From: Adineta vaga
Taxonomy: Eukaryota > Animalia > Rotifera
Assembly: GCA_021613535.1 (NCBI GenBank)
Contig: CP075497.1
Span: 7,874,001 to 7,938,000, forward strand
Direction of reading: 5' to 3'
Length of the DNA stretch: 64,000 nt
The notes under the pieces are model-generated. The model was not told the origin of the DNA, ran no database searches, and saw only the letters and a list, made by a program, of their open reading frames with translations. The position numbers were made by a program, and so were the translations under genes. Of this stretch, positions 1 to 14,590 are shown in pieces (the first letter of the stretch is position 1; the number at the start of each line of letters is the position of its first letter).

Positions 1-48
1 AACCATGTAATTGTAAATTACTATTAAAATCTTTATATGCATATGAAC

Positions 49-970
49 CTAGACATAACAGACAAAAATAATCAATAGTTCTTTTGTCAATGAAAGAAAT
101 TTACCAGGTAGTTGTGCTAATTTAATATTGATTGGCATTGGAAATTGTTCAATAAGATTATGAATTGTTTGTAATTTATTTACATTATTTGAACCTCGTT
201 GTCCGACAGGAATTAAATTAACTTCATCGATTGATGAACATGAAACATAACATACTTGTTGTTGAGGTAAAATACATTTCAATGCATCTTCATTACGACT
301 TAAAATATGTTTACCAAAACAAAACCACCATGAAAATTCATAATCATCATCAGTTAAATCATCATCTATCGTCGGTGTATATTCAACTTGAACAAGTTTA
401 TCAAATAGAATGGTTTGATTCGCTTCAATCTGATGCCATACACGATGATTTATTCCTTCCTCATTTTCTTCAACTGTATAAACACGTATTGGTGATGCAA
501 TATAAAATGCTTGAGGTCGATGATCAACTTGCATCCGTTCAACAATCGAACGAATATTTGTTTCAGGAACAACACCAGATTGTTGTCCTGAAAAAAATGA
601 TTATCAAATGAATAACAATTTAAAAGTTATTCTTACGATTATTTCGTGATGGTAAACATTCGAAGTATCCTAAATATGTATTACAGAATAGTAAAAATTT
701 GATAATCGTGTGTAACGTACCGGGATATTTTATAGGTACAGCTACTAATTCTGAATCAATCGGTCGATAAGATGGATATTCATTTGATGTTGATTGACTA
801 ACTCTTAGAGCACGACCAAATGCAAAGGTACTACGTAAGACTGAATGCAAAATGATCGGTCGATTCGAACCACGAAAACCTGGTGCTGATCGAATTGCTA
901 CCGGTAATTTGTATTTATCAGCAATCGAATGAATTGTTAATGGTTGTGATGTCCATTCAAAGGTCGTCAT
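49..970 (-). CDS. CABIT-domain protein (THEMIS/GAREM-like), 5' exons; gene continues off the left edge
   Basis: ORFs 620-970 and 49-534 joined by short GT-AG introns. N-terminal 'FEWTSQPLTI...YKLPVAIR...PIILHS...LVAVPIKYPGYFECL' and a later 'LIEQFPMPINIKL' resemble tandem CABIT domains. Family assignment is from motif recall, not a search. Confidence 0.6.
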
Positions 971-2142
971 TGGAATGTATATATGAACAGTTTCGTTCTA
1001 TGAGATTATATAACCTTCCACGTTCAAGGCTTGTTTTGTCTATCTAATAGAGAGTGAAAGTAAAAGTGAGTAAACATATAATATGTGCTATTTTACTTCG
1101 AGAAGAAGGAAAAGCAAAAAAAAGTAACATACCGTGACAAAGAATGAAAATATTCCTGACTTTCATCACTCATCATTTATACATTTTTTTGTATTTATTA
1201 CACGTTATGATTATCATATAGGAAGAAAAAACAGTAGGCAACTTTTTTATCTTATTATTGATCATATGATTGTCTTTTCAGTTAAATAAGTTCGAATATA
1301 TTTGTTTGCTTTTATCATATGCATAATCAGAAAACAAATGTCGAAGGACAAGAAATATATAAATATATATATTCATATTTTAATGACATATTTATCATAC
1401 CTGACTTATGTTTTAAAGGAAGTCATTAGTTATCAAAGAACATGTTTGTTTTTTTTTAAATTTATTTCTTAAAATAGAAGAAAATATTGTATTGTTATCC
1501 AGTTTAGCAATGTCGATAAATGTACGTTCTTTAAAACCATATGACATATTTCATTTTGTTTTTGTCATGTCAAATGAGTAAGGGTCTATAGTTATGACTG
1601 TACAGTTCTGTTAAATTATTTTCTAATTCGAGTAATATACCAAAACATATGACGATCGTTGGAGAAGATAATCATGAATGGAACATATTATGAATAATGA
1701 AAATATGAATAACTGTTTATAATTTGTTCTAAGGTTATCAACGATCATATCAATATCTTTCACATTTTTTCCTTATATATTGAATTAATTTGTCATTAAC
1801 AGAAACGAAGTACAGTATACGATAAAATCGAATGATATAAGTGATATTTTTATTTTCAAATTTACCCAAGATGTACTCAGTTTATTTCATGTATCAAATA
1901 GAAATATCGGGAAAGCAGATCATTTCCACGTATGACGTGACATTTGATGAATACATGCAGATATATCGTAAAATTCATCCTTTAAATATCATACATAGCA
2001 CATTATATTTGAAAATCATACTATTCAATAATGAATAATTATATTAAGAAAAAAGAAAATGAAATAATTATGATTTTTTCATTGTGAACAGGATTTTGGC
2101 TTTCATTATTATATTCTATTCTTGAATGGAAGTAAACACATG

Positions 2143-4209
2143 TTATGATTTCATCTCTCTTGTAATGCTTTCAATTTCATCATAAATTCTATTCAAATCT
2201 CTTTGAAAAGGTAATCCCGAACGTTTGTAAATAGTAACAGCTTCTTGATAAGAACATAATGCTTCCTGTAAATTCTTCATTTTACGATATACATCGCCCA
2301 TATTTTGATAAATATCGGCAAGTGACTTATCTCTAGGTGAGAGTGCTTCTCTTCTAATTTGAAGCGCTTTTTGATAATATTCCAATGCTTTTTGATAGTT
2401 ATTAAGATAATAGTAAACATTCGCAATCTCACTAAGAGTTTTAGCGACATGGAATCGATTGGATAATGAAAGTCTTTCATCTATAGCCAATGCCTTTTCA
2501 TAGTTCTCTAGTGCTTTTGGATATTTTTCTTGCCGTCGATAAACAGAACCAATATTGCTATAGATATGTGCCATATGTTGATGATCCGGCGAATGCGCCA
2601 GCCGAAAACAATCTCTCGCTTTTTTATAAAAATCCAATGCTCTGTCATTGTTTTCATTACGAAAATAAGCAGCACCAATTAAATCATACAGATCGCCAAT
2701 ATCAATAAAATTATTTGGATCGGTTTTCCTCTGAATTTCTAATGCTTTTCCACACCACTCTATACTTTCAGCATGCTCATTTGTTTCTTTTTTAATCATT
2801 GCTAATAAATAATACACTTGTCTCAATGATGGTCCATGTAATCTATCAGTCAATTCTAAATAGACTTTTTCAGCACTATCAAACTTTCCTGATTTACGAA
2901 AAATATCTCCCAATGTTTGATAATTAATTGTTTCATTTTCATCTGGATTTCCAACGATACGTGCCACAGATTCATAGATAGACTGTACTTGAGGATCCTT
3001 TTCAGAACAAAGTTCCATTTGAACAGTTACAACAGTATCTCTCGTGTACATCGTTTCATGAATTATTTTTATATCCACATCGATCAAACGAAATATAGAT
3101 CCAATCATGAATAAAAATTCTCCTTCCTCAATAAAACCACTCAATTTATCGATTGCAGCAAATGGTTTTCGAGCCTTTACATCGTTCTGAACGTTGATGC
3201 TGAATAAAACTCTACAATCGTAATATCCTATTTTTCTATTATTGATCACTTGTTGTACTTTAGCACAATTGGAATTGGTAGAAAGAAAGTTCGTTAATGA
3301 AAGTAAACCATTCACGGATTGTTTAAGATATTCTACTTCTCTAATATTCATAATTTTAGCATAATATAAACGAATGGATGATTGATATTGATTTTGTTTT
3401 AATTGATCATACATAGCTCGAATAACTGAACGACAAGAAAGCATTTCATCAATATTTTCTTCTAATAAAGCATTGTAAATCTTTTCATACAGAAACGTAT
3501 CACGAGTATACCACCATAAAGCTTTTTTCGCTATATAATTATCAAATGTTTTGATCATTTTCGATTGAATTTTATAATGTTTGAGTGACTTTTCACATGT
3601 CAATTTGAAGTTTTTATCTTGTTTTAAAGAATCATCTAATCGAAGAAGACTATCGATCAAAATCAATGAATGAATGAAATGTTCTTGAAGTCGACTTGTT
3701 GATGGCGACGGTTCATTTATATTCACATATATATTGTAAGATATTTCGCTTTCAAATTGCACACGCCTTATTTTATCTGATTCGATTCGATCGAGAAGTT
3801 CGTTTTCATCATTAATTACATCTTTCACCTAAAGGAGAGAAAAAAAAAGAATTAAGAAACTTTGTTGTTTTTTTTTCCAAAAGTTTATATAAATATGCTA
3901 TACCTTTGAATATTGATTAATCAAATGTATATATGTATCTTTGTTCATACAATAAATATAGATAGCTGAAAGATGTTGTAAATGATGAATTTCAGGAATG
4001 ATTTGTAAAGCTAATCGTCCACTGACGATTAGAATAAGTTGTTTATCTTCAGATGTTTGAATTCTTTCTTGGCATAGAGGAAGTCCATCAAATGTTTCAC
4101 AATGATTTATAATTGAACGAAGTTCTTTCCTAATTCTTCTATTATGATCTGAAGTATCCATATTTTCATCCAACCAATATAATAAAAATTTTTCTACATG
4201 TCTGCCCAT
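2143..4209 (-). CDS. ADP-ribosyltransferase (ARTC-like) domain plus C-terminal TPR-repeat protein, 2 exons (4209-3904, 3828-2143)
   Basis: N-terminal 'WLDENMD...LILIVSGRLA...IYIYC' module, then 'WWYTRDTFLY', 'FLSTN' and 'EEGEFLFMIGSIFRL' ART-like motifs, then about 6 TPRs (e.g. YSNIGSVYRRQEKYPKALENYEKALAI). Intron 3903-3829 is GT..AG, phase 0. Confidence 0.85.
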
Positions 4210-5133
4210 AATTCGATCGAAAATGTTAGATTTATTTGTATTCTGGATTGAGAAGCAACCTTGAAATATGATTTCACTCTTCTCAATTCATACCTATTGA
4301 AAAAGTGTACATTGTTTTTCTTTCTTTCTTCGTCGAATGTGATTTTATTTATTGGCTTCTACTTGGCTACCCAAGGAAGTAACATAAATTTTTCGATGAC
4401 TAATTCATAAGTATTTTATGTTTTTGACAGAAAAAAAGCATGCCATCACGTCATCATCGAATTTTTTTATTGACTCGATAAAAAGGAGCGAATGTAAAAT
4501 GTTGGTAATTCTCGACGGTATATGTTTACATGAATTATTGTTGTTTGTACAAAAAAATCACATGTTTCATCTTGAGACTTCCCCTTTTGCTTTGCTCGAA
4601 CAACTGAAAACATTGGAGGAAAACGAATCAACAACAATAACTTTCTACGTATTCTTATGAAGTCTTTGACCTCAATTATAATAAACTGTTCATTTATGTC
4701 ATTGCTTATACGTCGAAATATGATACGTATAATCGAGTCTTATTTGCAATCAGAGGCATCTATTGACAATAAAAAAAGTCACATAAAAATCACTTCTTAT
4801 TGAACGAGTTATTGTACAATCCAATAAATAGTACTGTATATATGTATATACGTTATACAAACAAACGATTGTTATTATGAATAATCTATCTTGTCTCTCT
4901 CTTGAAATTTCCAAACAGTTAAGGTAAATAAATGAATTTTTTTTTCAAGATCGCATATGCATATTTTAATTGAAAGAATAAAAACATAGAGAGAGGATAC
5001 AATGTCTCTAAAATATACAGGAAAGTCTGTCTGTTGGTTTGGAATGTCGTATAACCCGACCATAGAACCGACTGACTGACTAGAGAGTATGATGCCAAAG
5101 ACTCGATTTGATTGGTAGAATAAAACACTATTA

Positions 5134-8100
5134 TCATGAGAGATTTTTGGATGAAGATGAAAAATGTTCGTCAGTTAGGACAACACCTTTAGCTACACAT
5201 GTTCGATCTCGTCCATCGATTAAGCAAGGCCACATATATTCAATAATAGTATCGCTTTCTTTATCCGATGTATGAAAACGTTCATGAAATTGTTTATCAT
5301 ATTTAGTTGTTTGAAATTCAATTGAATATGAAGGTGATTGGTTAACTAAACCCCATCTTTAAGAATAAAAACAACAGTTAATAAAAAAAAACAGTATCAA
5401 TTAAGTATCTTTTTTTCTACATACGCAGTTCGACAAGCTGCATTGATATATTTCAGTAATTCATTACAAACTTTCAAACGTGGATAATCATATAAGGTGG
5501 TCCATAGTTGATTTTCGACTTCCTAAAAAGAAAATGTTTGGAAAACGAAATTCGAGAAAAGTTTTCTTTACTGTAATAATTTTTTCCACATCATATTTTT
5601 GAATTGTCGTTCTTAAATATTTCTCAACTGTTTCTTCAAGTACAATTGAACTTTTATCATTCGATAATTGAAGAATTTGTTTGATTTTAGTTCGAATATC
5701 TTTTGCATGATTTTGTGCATGACGAAACGCGAGCTTTCAAAGAGAAAAAAATAATCAATTTAAAAACAAAAACATTTAAATTTCTCTTATCGACATACAA
5801 CAACAACAGAAAATAATAATTTGGATTTCAAATCTTCTGCATTTGACATTTCACGAATATTATCTAATGCATCAAGTGCATCAATACGTGATTGAGAATA
5901 AAGAGTATTAAATGAACGAATTAATTCTGTTGGACGAGATATTTGATTGAGATCTTCAAATTTACCACCTTTTTCTAATTGTCGTTGTGCTTGTTCAGCT
6001 AATCTATATCAAATAGAAGAAGAAAAAAAAATACACCAAACAATATAGAACTTCTTTGTTCAAAAGGGCAAGAAGATCATCATTTATATTACATGCAATA
6101 ATGATTCTCTTATCCCTATCCTAATCGACAATATAGAATTCTTCTTTTGTTACATAGATACAATAGTAAAAGGTCAAATTTCGTTTCTGAAATACTGCTA
6201 TTTTAGATGTCTAGTAATTATCAGAAAGTAATTATTTTGATTATATGTCTATTTTCAATAATCGAATTAATTCTTAGTTTATTTCTACATATTTATTATT
6301 CATGTGAATCTCAATTTCATGTATTATATTTTATTGAATCTTCGGGATTTATTGGTTTTCTTAGTACATTATTTTTTTTCATATTGAAAGAATTAAAGAA
6401 AACGTATCCAAGTATTTATTTACTATTATCAAATATCTATTTTGTATGTATGATATGTGTTCTTTTATATTGGTTAATTAGTTTAGCAATTGAATCTCGT
6501 CGTTTTATGGACAATTTTCAAATTTATCAATGTCAACGGATTGTTTCATATTTTATAATGATAACAATTATTGGAAATTATCTCATTTTATTTATGTTAA
6601 TCATATATATTCTATGCTTTTGTTATTCCGAAGCTGGAAGCACAGAAGGTATATATTCACATGCAACACTTATTCATTAACTCTACCTTTCACGCATTTG
6701 TTCTTCACTTTTTTGTAAACGTGCGATTGTTTCTTTTGATTTTTGTAATTCATTTTTCAATTGAATTAAATCATTTTTCAATCGTTCTTTTTCCAATTGA
6801 TCAGCGTTGACTGTATCTGATATTATTGGTGACAATGATTGTAATGAAGCAGCTTGTGGTAAAACAGTTGTTTGTTGTTGAGGTTGTTTCATAAATGAGG
6901 ATGAAGGAGTCATAGGTCCATTTGATAGTAGTCGATTGTTTCCATTGAAACCTAATGAATGAAGTGGAGCTAAAGAAAGAAAAGAAAAAAAAAGAGAATT
7001 GAGCGAATGAAAAATGATGACATACATTTCGATTTATCAAAATACATGCAAGATAATGCTGTCGACATGACATTTCTTTCATTTTTTCTCAATTCACATG
7101 AAGAAAAAACGAAATAAACAGACATCGCTTGTTTTCTTATGTGTTGTTAGTAGTGGAAAGTGGTGAGAATGGTCGAACTGTTAACACTAATGCTCACGTA
7201 GAGATTTGCTGCATTATGAGAATATGTGTCTATTGTCAATCAAAGAGTCATTTACTAGGAGAATCTGGCTATTCTTTCTTTTTTTGTTTGGTGCCTTAGT
7301 AAAAGATATTTCTCTTATCGACAGGGTCATTAACAAAGGGAAAGGAAGAAAGATAGATTGACATGAACATTTGTCTTTAATCGACAACCTTTCCATAGAG
7401 TTATTCGAAAAAAGGACAACATTTGTTTAGTATGTATCAAGTGAAAGATTCGTTGAAGTTTATGTAAACGATAACTAGACAAAACAGATTGCTTTGTCGG
7501 ATAATATTGGCTGTTCAATCTTATAATTTAGACAGCAAAGATAATAAAAGTTGTGTTTTCTTTCGCAAACGTCATAACAATCCCTTACACATTTGATCAT
7601 TTTTTTCCAGTTCATCACCATCATCATCTTCATTATAAGTGCTGTTAGGAATAAAATTTGTCGAACTTATTGTACATGATTCGATCTTATTTTCCAGATA
7701 TTGATGTCGACAAAGTAATGTTGGTGTCATCGATGTTTGAGGAAGAATTATTGGTGTTTGTTCATAGTGACTTAATGAATGACACGATTTCATGGTTGTT
7801 GATCGTTTATTATAGAATCTTTCTTTATTTTTTCGTAACGAACGACGTATTGTATTAACAAATCCAAGTGATTCCGTTACTTTAGTTGTATTGATTTCTG
7901 GTTCGATAGATTGAAACTGATGTTCTTGATAAGTCATCGATGTAATCGGAATAATTGTCGGAATTGATGAAAGATTCAAATTGTTCATATTGATTGGAAC
8001 AGATCGTGCAAGATTGGGATTATTTGATAGAGAAGATCGTTTCACTTGAGAATTATTATCGACTTGTATGCAGATGTTTTTCTTCGGTCTAAGTGTTGCA

Positions 8101-11100
8101 TTTGTTGGTATATGAAAACTTTTCGTACGATTGAGATATTGTGCAGCTGTTGAAAGATATGTATTTATAAGTCTACTAGCCGATTGTTGTTTTCGTATAT
8201 GATTATTATTAGAATGCGAAGGTGTTTGTGGATAAATAAAATGAAAATTAATAGCATCTGACATTGTGATAATAAGATTTGTTCGTTACTTGTTTTCAAT
8301 AAAGTAACAAGGCAATGAAAACGTTATAGAATTCGTTGAAAATATTGCAAGAATAGAATAAGTTCATATACATAATAGTGAACGATCAAAAGAAAGTAGA
8401 TAAATGTGATCTAATAATCAAGTTCGATCGATGTAGTACATTGCCGAGTGTAGAAACAAAACGTTCGTATATGTATGTATATATAACGAGAAATCATCGC
8501 TTTCTTTCTTCTTCTTTTTTTTGCTATAAGACGTCGAACTACTTCTCTTTTCTTTTCTCTTACAAAATATACAAGCGTGATATTATATTAATGGATGAGT
8601 GATAACTATAATCAAGCTCATTTGGCGCTGTAAAAAGCGTTCCTAACACTAACAGATGCGCTCACATAGAGTGATTACTTAATGAGAATAACCACAACGA
8701 TGTTTGTTCTTCTCATTATGATGATAAGACATGGAAAAGTGTCATAGATGATTGAGTTTTCATTCCATCAACATAATGGCAATATATCAAAATTATTTTC
8801 TGTTCACTAACATAATTGTTTATATGAAACGAGTCGATTATGTGAAGAGAGAAAAAAAAGAGAACAAATACATCATCATTATTTTATGCTTCGATCGCTC
8901 TTTGTAATTTCTCATTGTTATTATGTACAATATGTTGAGGTAAACATCTCCGACTGAGCATAAGAATAACTGTGAATCCAATCAACCGATAATATCCTGC
9001 TGTTACTCGCTATTATTTGTGTAATCAGATAGAGAATCTATAGACTCTTTCATTTTTAATCAATATGAACATAATTATACCTCTTGAACCAAAGAGAAAA
9101 CGAACAGTTCAAGAAATATCTTTAACTATCAAAAGACATGAGTCCAATGTTTTATTTTGTAGACATCGATGCAAATAAAATACTTTATTAAACTACGACC
9201 TTTTCTTCTTCTTCTTTTTTTTACCAAGGAGACAAATACATACAAATATATATCTTCGTCAATATTGGCGCCTACATGTCAATGTCAAATCAGATCTTTT
9301 GCATAGTTTTTACTACTAACTATTTCTTTATTCTTATCATAGTTTGACTATGACTAATAGATAACTGTATATTTTAACAATGTACAAATGTTCTGTTGTA
9401 AATTACAACATGATTTACAATTTGGTTTGAATTTTCAAATATATAATAACAATAACTGTTAAACATCGATATAAATAAGTATTTACTGACAGTTGAAAGA
9501 TAAACGGTCATATCTTTCAAAGCTACTTTTTTTTCTCTCCAATTCAAGAGAAAATATTCTAAAATCGATATAATCATCGAAATAGTGCTTCTTTGTCGTA
9601 GGGAACAAAAGAGATACATCTTTTCTGAACAGATTTATCGACATCTGTTACTAGTTGTTATATCCAGAAAAACAGAACATATCGCCAACAAATACAAACT
9701 TTATATACAACTCCAATTTCAATTCCCGAAAAATAAAATAGTGAAACGTTTCGAATTACATGATTATAATATGGAATGAATTTAAGGACAAAATCAGTGT
9801 ACACTTTTTGTTTTGTTGAAACAAAGTGAGATTCAATCAATGACTTACTTAAATGTCCGTTTCGTACTGCCATATCGTCTTTATATGGTGAAATTTCATT
9901 TTCTAAAACAAGATATATTATTTTACATTGTGAAATATTAACAAAATAATGATTATGAAAACTCTTAAAACAATTGAATCTCTATCTCTATGCTTGAACT
10001 TACCAGTGTATGAAAAACGATGTGTTGGTAATCTGAATGATCTATTCGACATAGGATGAGATGGTGGAGAAAGAAATTGAGGAGACGAAGACAACGAAGT
10101 AAAATACAATGTCAATTGATCTTCGTTTGTTCTGTGATTCATTTTAAACGAAAGACAAAGAAGAAGAAACTTTATCAATATAGGTTGAGTAATCCTTTTC
10201 TTTAATCGATGAGAATATTGAATTTGCGATTAGTAATATTGAACATGGTACCATAGAACATAGATCTCTTAGTAGCTAGACGATTTCTATTCGATGAAAT
10301 TCGATCGTCATTTATAAGGAAGACAAATAGAAGGTTGATGATGAGATATATCATCATAATCATCATCATGTATCGATTATGTTCTCGAAAGTAGTTTTCC
10401 TCCTACTCGCCTTGAATGATAACCAAGTCAATATGAACAAACGAGCGAGACAAATGCTTCCATATAAAAAATATGATGTCTATGTCGCACAACGATAGAT
10501 AATGCGATGTTATTAATAATCTCGAAGAAATGGACATGCATGTCAACACGCCGCTAGCAAAACTGGTTCTAACTAGTTCTTTCTCCCTTCTTTCTTTTTT
10601 TTTGGTGATTGTACATTCTGTGTAATAGAATTTCTTTCACACATATTTTATTAGTCTATCAATAAGTAATCATTTTATATCTATTTATTAATAAATTCAA
10701 TCGACCAGTCAATTCATCAAAACGATATAGAGAAAGAAGATATGCATAATGTAGAATAGAACATGAAAAACAACAATAAGATCAGTTAACGAACTTATTG
10801 GTATGTATTTGTTACTTACGGTATCGATTATGACATGGTCGAAATTCTTCTAAAACTGAATAACGAACGTATCGGTGGTTTTTATTATTGTTGTTATTAT
10901 AATTGGCGTTGTCGTGTATACTGGCTTTCTTTTGTCTAAGCATGATTGTCGTCATTTAAAGAATGTATATACGAAAGAAATGATGAGAAATCAACAATAA
11001 TATCGTTTTGCCTTAAAGTTGTGACGATGATGTAGCATATGGTATATATGTAAAAGAAGGAGAATGATCAAGAGTGAGATGGAGAAGAACGAAGAGAAGA

Positions 11101-13069
11101 AGGAAGAAGGCAAATGTCTACATACAAAGGTGCATACATCATGCTACTTTCTCTCTCTTCTTATAGTTATTACATTTACTCCATTCGGATGATCATATTC
11201 TTTTTCTCAACTGTTCTATTAATAATTAGTATATACATATATCCTATCGATAAAAATATGCAGTATAATAATTAATAATTCAGTTCTACGGCGAACAAAA
11301 AAAAACGAATATGCAAATCAACTTTTTTTCTTTCTATCTTACCTTTCAAGTCATGTAAACTATAATACACACATATATATATATATAGTTTTACATTGAA
11401 GAGAAAAGAACGACAAGTACACATACTTTTTTTATTTCGTATATATAAATATCTCATTGATATACTCGAATTTATAGTATTTTTTTACATTCAACTGTTT
11501 ATTTACACATCGTTCTTTTCTCGATGTTCTATAGTGATGAAGGAATAAAATGTTTTCAACTTACTATTCATAAAATCTGATGATTGGCAGGGCATGACAA
11601 AAATGAAAATCGTTTTTCTTATTTGATAGACTACTGCTGTTTGATAAACATGTTACATATGAGTGAAAGAACTAATCGTGATTGTACTAATCTAATACAA
11701 GCAAGACAAAAAGAAACGGGAGAACCTCGATATATATACATATATTCTCATCTTTTGTTTTGTTTTCTCTTCCTCTTATACGCTATCAACATCCCATATC
11801 GATTAGATGCTATTAATTAGTAAGATATTTCCTTTTATCGTAATGAAAAGTAATTTCCCTAATGATTGATCCAAAGAGATTGATCTGAATGAAATTCACT
11901 TACGAGATCGCGATCGTTCGAAACAAATTCCACCCAAATTATTGACACCTCGAACAGTTGTATCATCAATCACAATATCATCAGTACAGTCATCAATTAA
12001 TGTACTGTCAGTTACTCGTCTCCATAATTGAATCATTCCTAGGAAAAGTTAAAAATCAATCACGAATATTTTCGAAGAAATCATTCTTACGTTCATAGGC
12101 AAAAGCAAAACGTTTAAATAATGGTAATAAGGGTTCATTAATGGGAATTTGTTTTTCATGTAATTTAATATTTGAATATGCTAATAGAATTTGTTTGTCA
12201 ATCGATACTTTTTGAGTAAGATTATTTAGAATTGTATAAAGTTTTGTACGTGATAGGTAAGGTTCGATTAAATTCAAAATAGCTTTATGTTGATAGAGAC
12301 GTTTTTGAATATCATCTAATGAATTTGTTGTTGATGTTGTTGTAACTGAAGAAATTGCAGTTGTTGATGAATAAATTGAAAAGTTTTTTCTTGGTGTAGC
12401 TGGTGTTGAATGAACGGATAATGGAGCCGATGGCATTGTGACAGAGATAGGTTTTGTTCCAAGTTTATGTAATGCTTGTTGACAACAACTAATTGTTGTT
12501 TCAAGTTCATGACGTAAAGTGTCTTCCATATTCAACTGTGTAAGAGAAATTGATCGTGATAAAGTCGACGTATTCGTTACTGTGGAATGACGTTGTTCAA
12601 AATAGAGTATACATTCATCAATAGTTTGTTTTTGACGTAGAAGACGTTTGAATAATACGGGTTGAACATAGGAGAGAATTCGAAGGATACTACCGAGATT
12701 ACTTAATAAACGTTCATTTTCAATAAAGAATTCTTTTGATTTCGATTGAATTGATGATGTCGATGAAGAAAGCGATGCAAAAATACTAATCATTTTTGAT
12801 AGAAGTTGATCGGGTTTAAGTATTCGATGAGGAAATGCATCCGGATCAATGATAAAAATTTTTGAATAGATAACTTCAAAAACTTCAATTGAAAATGGTA
12901 ATTGAGCAAATAATGTATCGAATGATAAATCCGTTGTAACAATTTTACGGAATGTATTTGAATTTAGACGATTAATATAAACTGCACAATCATCATAATT
13001 ATGTGTTCGAAGATAATGTGTAATACGAGTTAAAACTACATCAATTGGGATACAACGATTACTAGCCAT
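5134..13069 (-). CDS. Mieap/SPATA18-like (mitochondria-eating protein C-terminal domain) multi-exon gene
   Basis: Manual splicing links 13069-12091 (MASNRCIPIDVVLTR...), 12039-11903, about 9902-9849, 6970-6687 (coiled coil) and exons in about 6005-5134. The last exons read 'RPTELIRSFNTLYSQSRIDALDALD' and '...FHERFHTSDKESDTIIEYMWPCLIDGRDRTCVAKGVVLTDE', typical of the Mieap C-terminus. Confidence 0.7.
6207..6680 (+). CDS. Small multi-pass (about 4 TM) membrane protein nested antisense in an intron of the Mieap-like gene
   Basis: 157-aa ORF with four hydrophobic segments and spaced cysteines. It lies wholly within the host intron at about 6006-6686. Confidence 0.6.
   Translation: MSSNYQKVIILIICLFSIIELILSLFLHIYYSCESQFHVLYFIESSGFIGFLSTLFFFILKELKKTYPSIYLLLSNIYFVCMICVLLYWLISLAIESRRFMDNFQIYQCQRIVSYFIMITIIGNYLILFMLIIYILCFCYSEAGSTEGIYSHATLIH
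7572..8264 (-). CDS. Probable alternative first coding exon of the Mieap-like gene (low-complexity S/N/T-rich)
   Basis: 230-aa ORF with a phase-1 donor (T|GTAAGG at 7589/7588) that is compatible with the phase-1 acceptor of the 6970 exon. Confidence 0.5.
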   Translation of the reverse strand: MSDAINFHFIYPQTPSHSNNNHIRKQQSASRLINTYLSTAAQYLNRTKSFHIPTNATLRPKKNICIQVDNNSQVKRSSLSNNPNLARSVPINMNNLNLSSIPTIIPITSMTYQEHQFQSIEPEINTTKVTESLGFVNTIRRSLRKNKERFYNKRSTTMKSCHSLSHYEQTPIILPQTSMTPTLLCRHQYLENKIESCTISSTNFIPNSTYNEDDDGDELEKNDQMCKGLL

Positions 13070-14590
13070 TCTCTAATTGAAAAATACACTACTAAATCAA
13101 GTAGAAATAGTGATGCTTGTATTATTGGCGAGACTTTTTCTTGTTTGTTATTCTATTGTTATAACGAGATGTGCTATCATGGCAAACCTAGTTAGATTGA
13201 TGAGAAGACAACATTCAGTCCGCTAGTTGTAGTAGTAGCACTCCTCGATTCTCTACGTTATATTTCTATCACCTTCGAAGAACAATATCAGTAAGAACGA
13301 TAAGAGAAGAGATGTTTTGTTCCTTATTTTTTCTCTCTCTCTCTCCTTTCTCTTTTTACTTTGATTGTCGACGTCGACGATGGTACCGATCTATTATCTA
13401 TCTATTGCCACACATATATATTTATATGTATATAAGAAGATTCTCTTGGCAAAAGAAATAACGTTTATAATTATACGCATAGACAATCTTCTCTTCCTGT
13501 CGTAGTATTGACTTATCGATGACGACAATTGTCTTGTTGTAGATAAAACTTGATGCACAGTTGCCCTTCATCGATACTCGACACATGAATCAAATTAAAT
13601 CTAGTACTTTGTTATCAGAATGACAAAAATTATTATTTTGATCTACCATAAATAGATTAATTATTACTTACCGTCGAATCATAATAAGAAAGAAAGAAAG
13701 AAAAACGAAGTTTTTTATGCCTATTTACTCTTTTCTCTTTTGTTCTATCAATAGGTAATCCGATATCCATGAATGCAATCAAGTATATGACATATTTTCA
13801 TATCAGGAAGGTTGATTTTTATCTTCATAAGCTGAAATATTAGATTTTCAATGTAAAATTATGACAAAAATTAAGTCAGTTGGTATTTACATAAATTTAT
13901 TTTAACGAAAAAATTCTATGAATTCTATTATACAATAGAAGCCTGACTTCAACATGACTGCATTGAATTTCACCGAAGTAGACATCACTTTCATACAAAA
14001 ATCTGTCTGAATATTCGATGTAAAGACGTATAAATTGGATTGCTTTTTCGCGGTAATAACTAATATGAAATTTATTCTGATTACTTACATAAATATTACG
14101 CAGATCTTTCAATGTGCTTTGATTTATAATAACGACATCCAATAATGATGACCGATATGAATAGATTACATATTCAGTTTTTCTTGATTGTGCTGAACAT
14201 CTGTTTATACATACGATAAAAAAAATTATTTGTTAGTTAGTAGTTTTATTATAAACAACTAGTAGAATGCATAGAATATTTCAAATTACTTCAGAAACAT
14301 GTTACTTCAATCAATATTTCCATACAATTCAAAGGAATGCATCATGCATATATCAAATGACGAACTTATCGTCTTAAAAATGAATGTACTTTTTAAGCAT
14401 GAAACTATAGAAAAAAATCAAATTGAAATCTTACAACTATACGTTTGTATTCAGAGTCTGTTTATTTGTCGCTAATATGTATACAATAGAATGTTTTGTT
14501 TTTTTCGAAATTAAAATACGCCTTCAAAACAAATTTTGTGTATGCAATAGTTGATCCACATTTTTATTTTTCATTTCTTACAAAATAAAG

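Noticed and set aside
13897-14200. Possible decayed gene fragment
   Set aside because: Short ORF with no recognisable motif or consistent splice structure.
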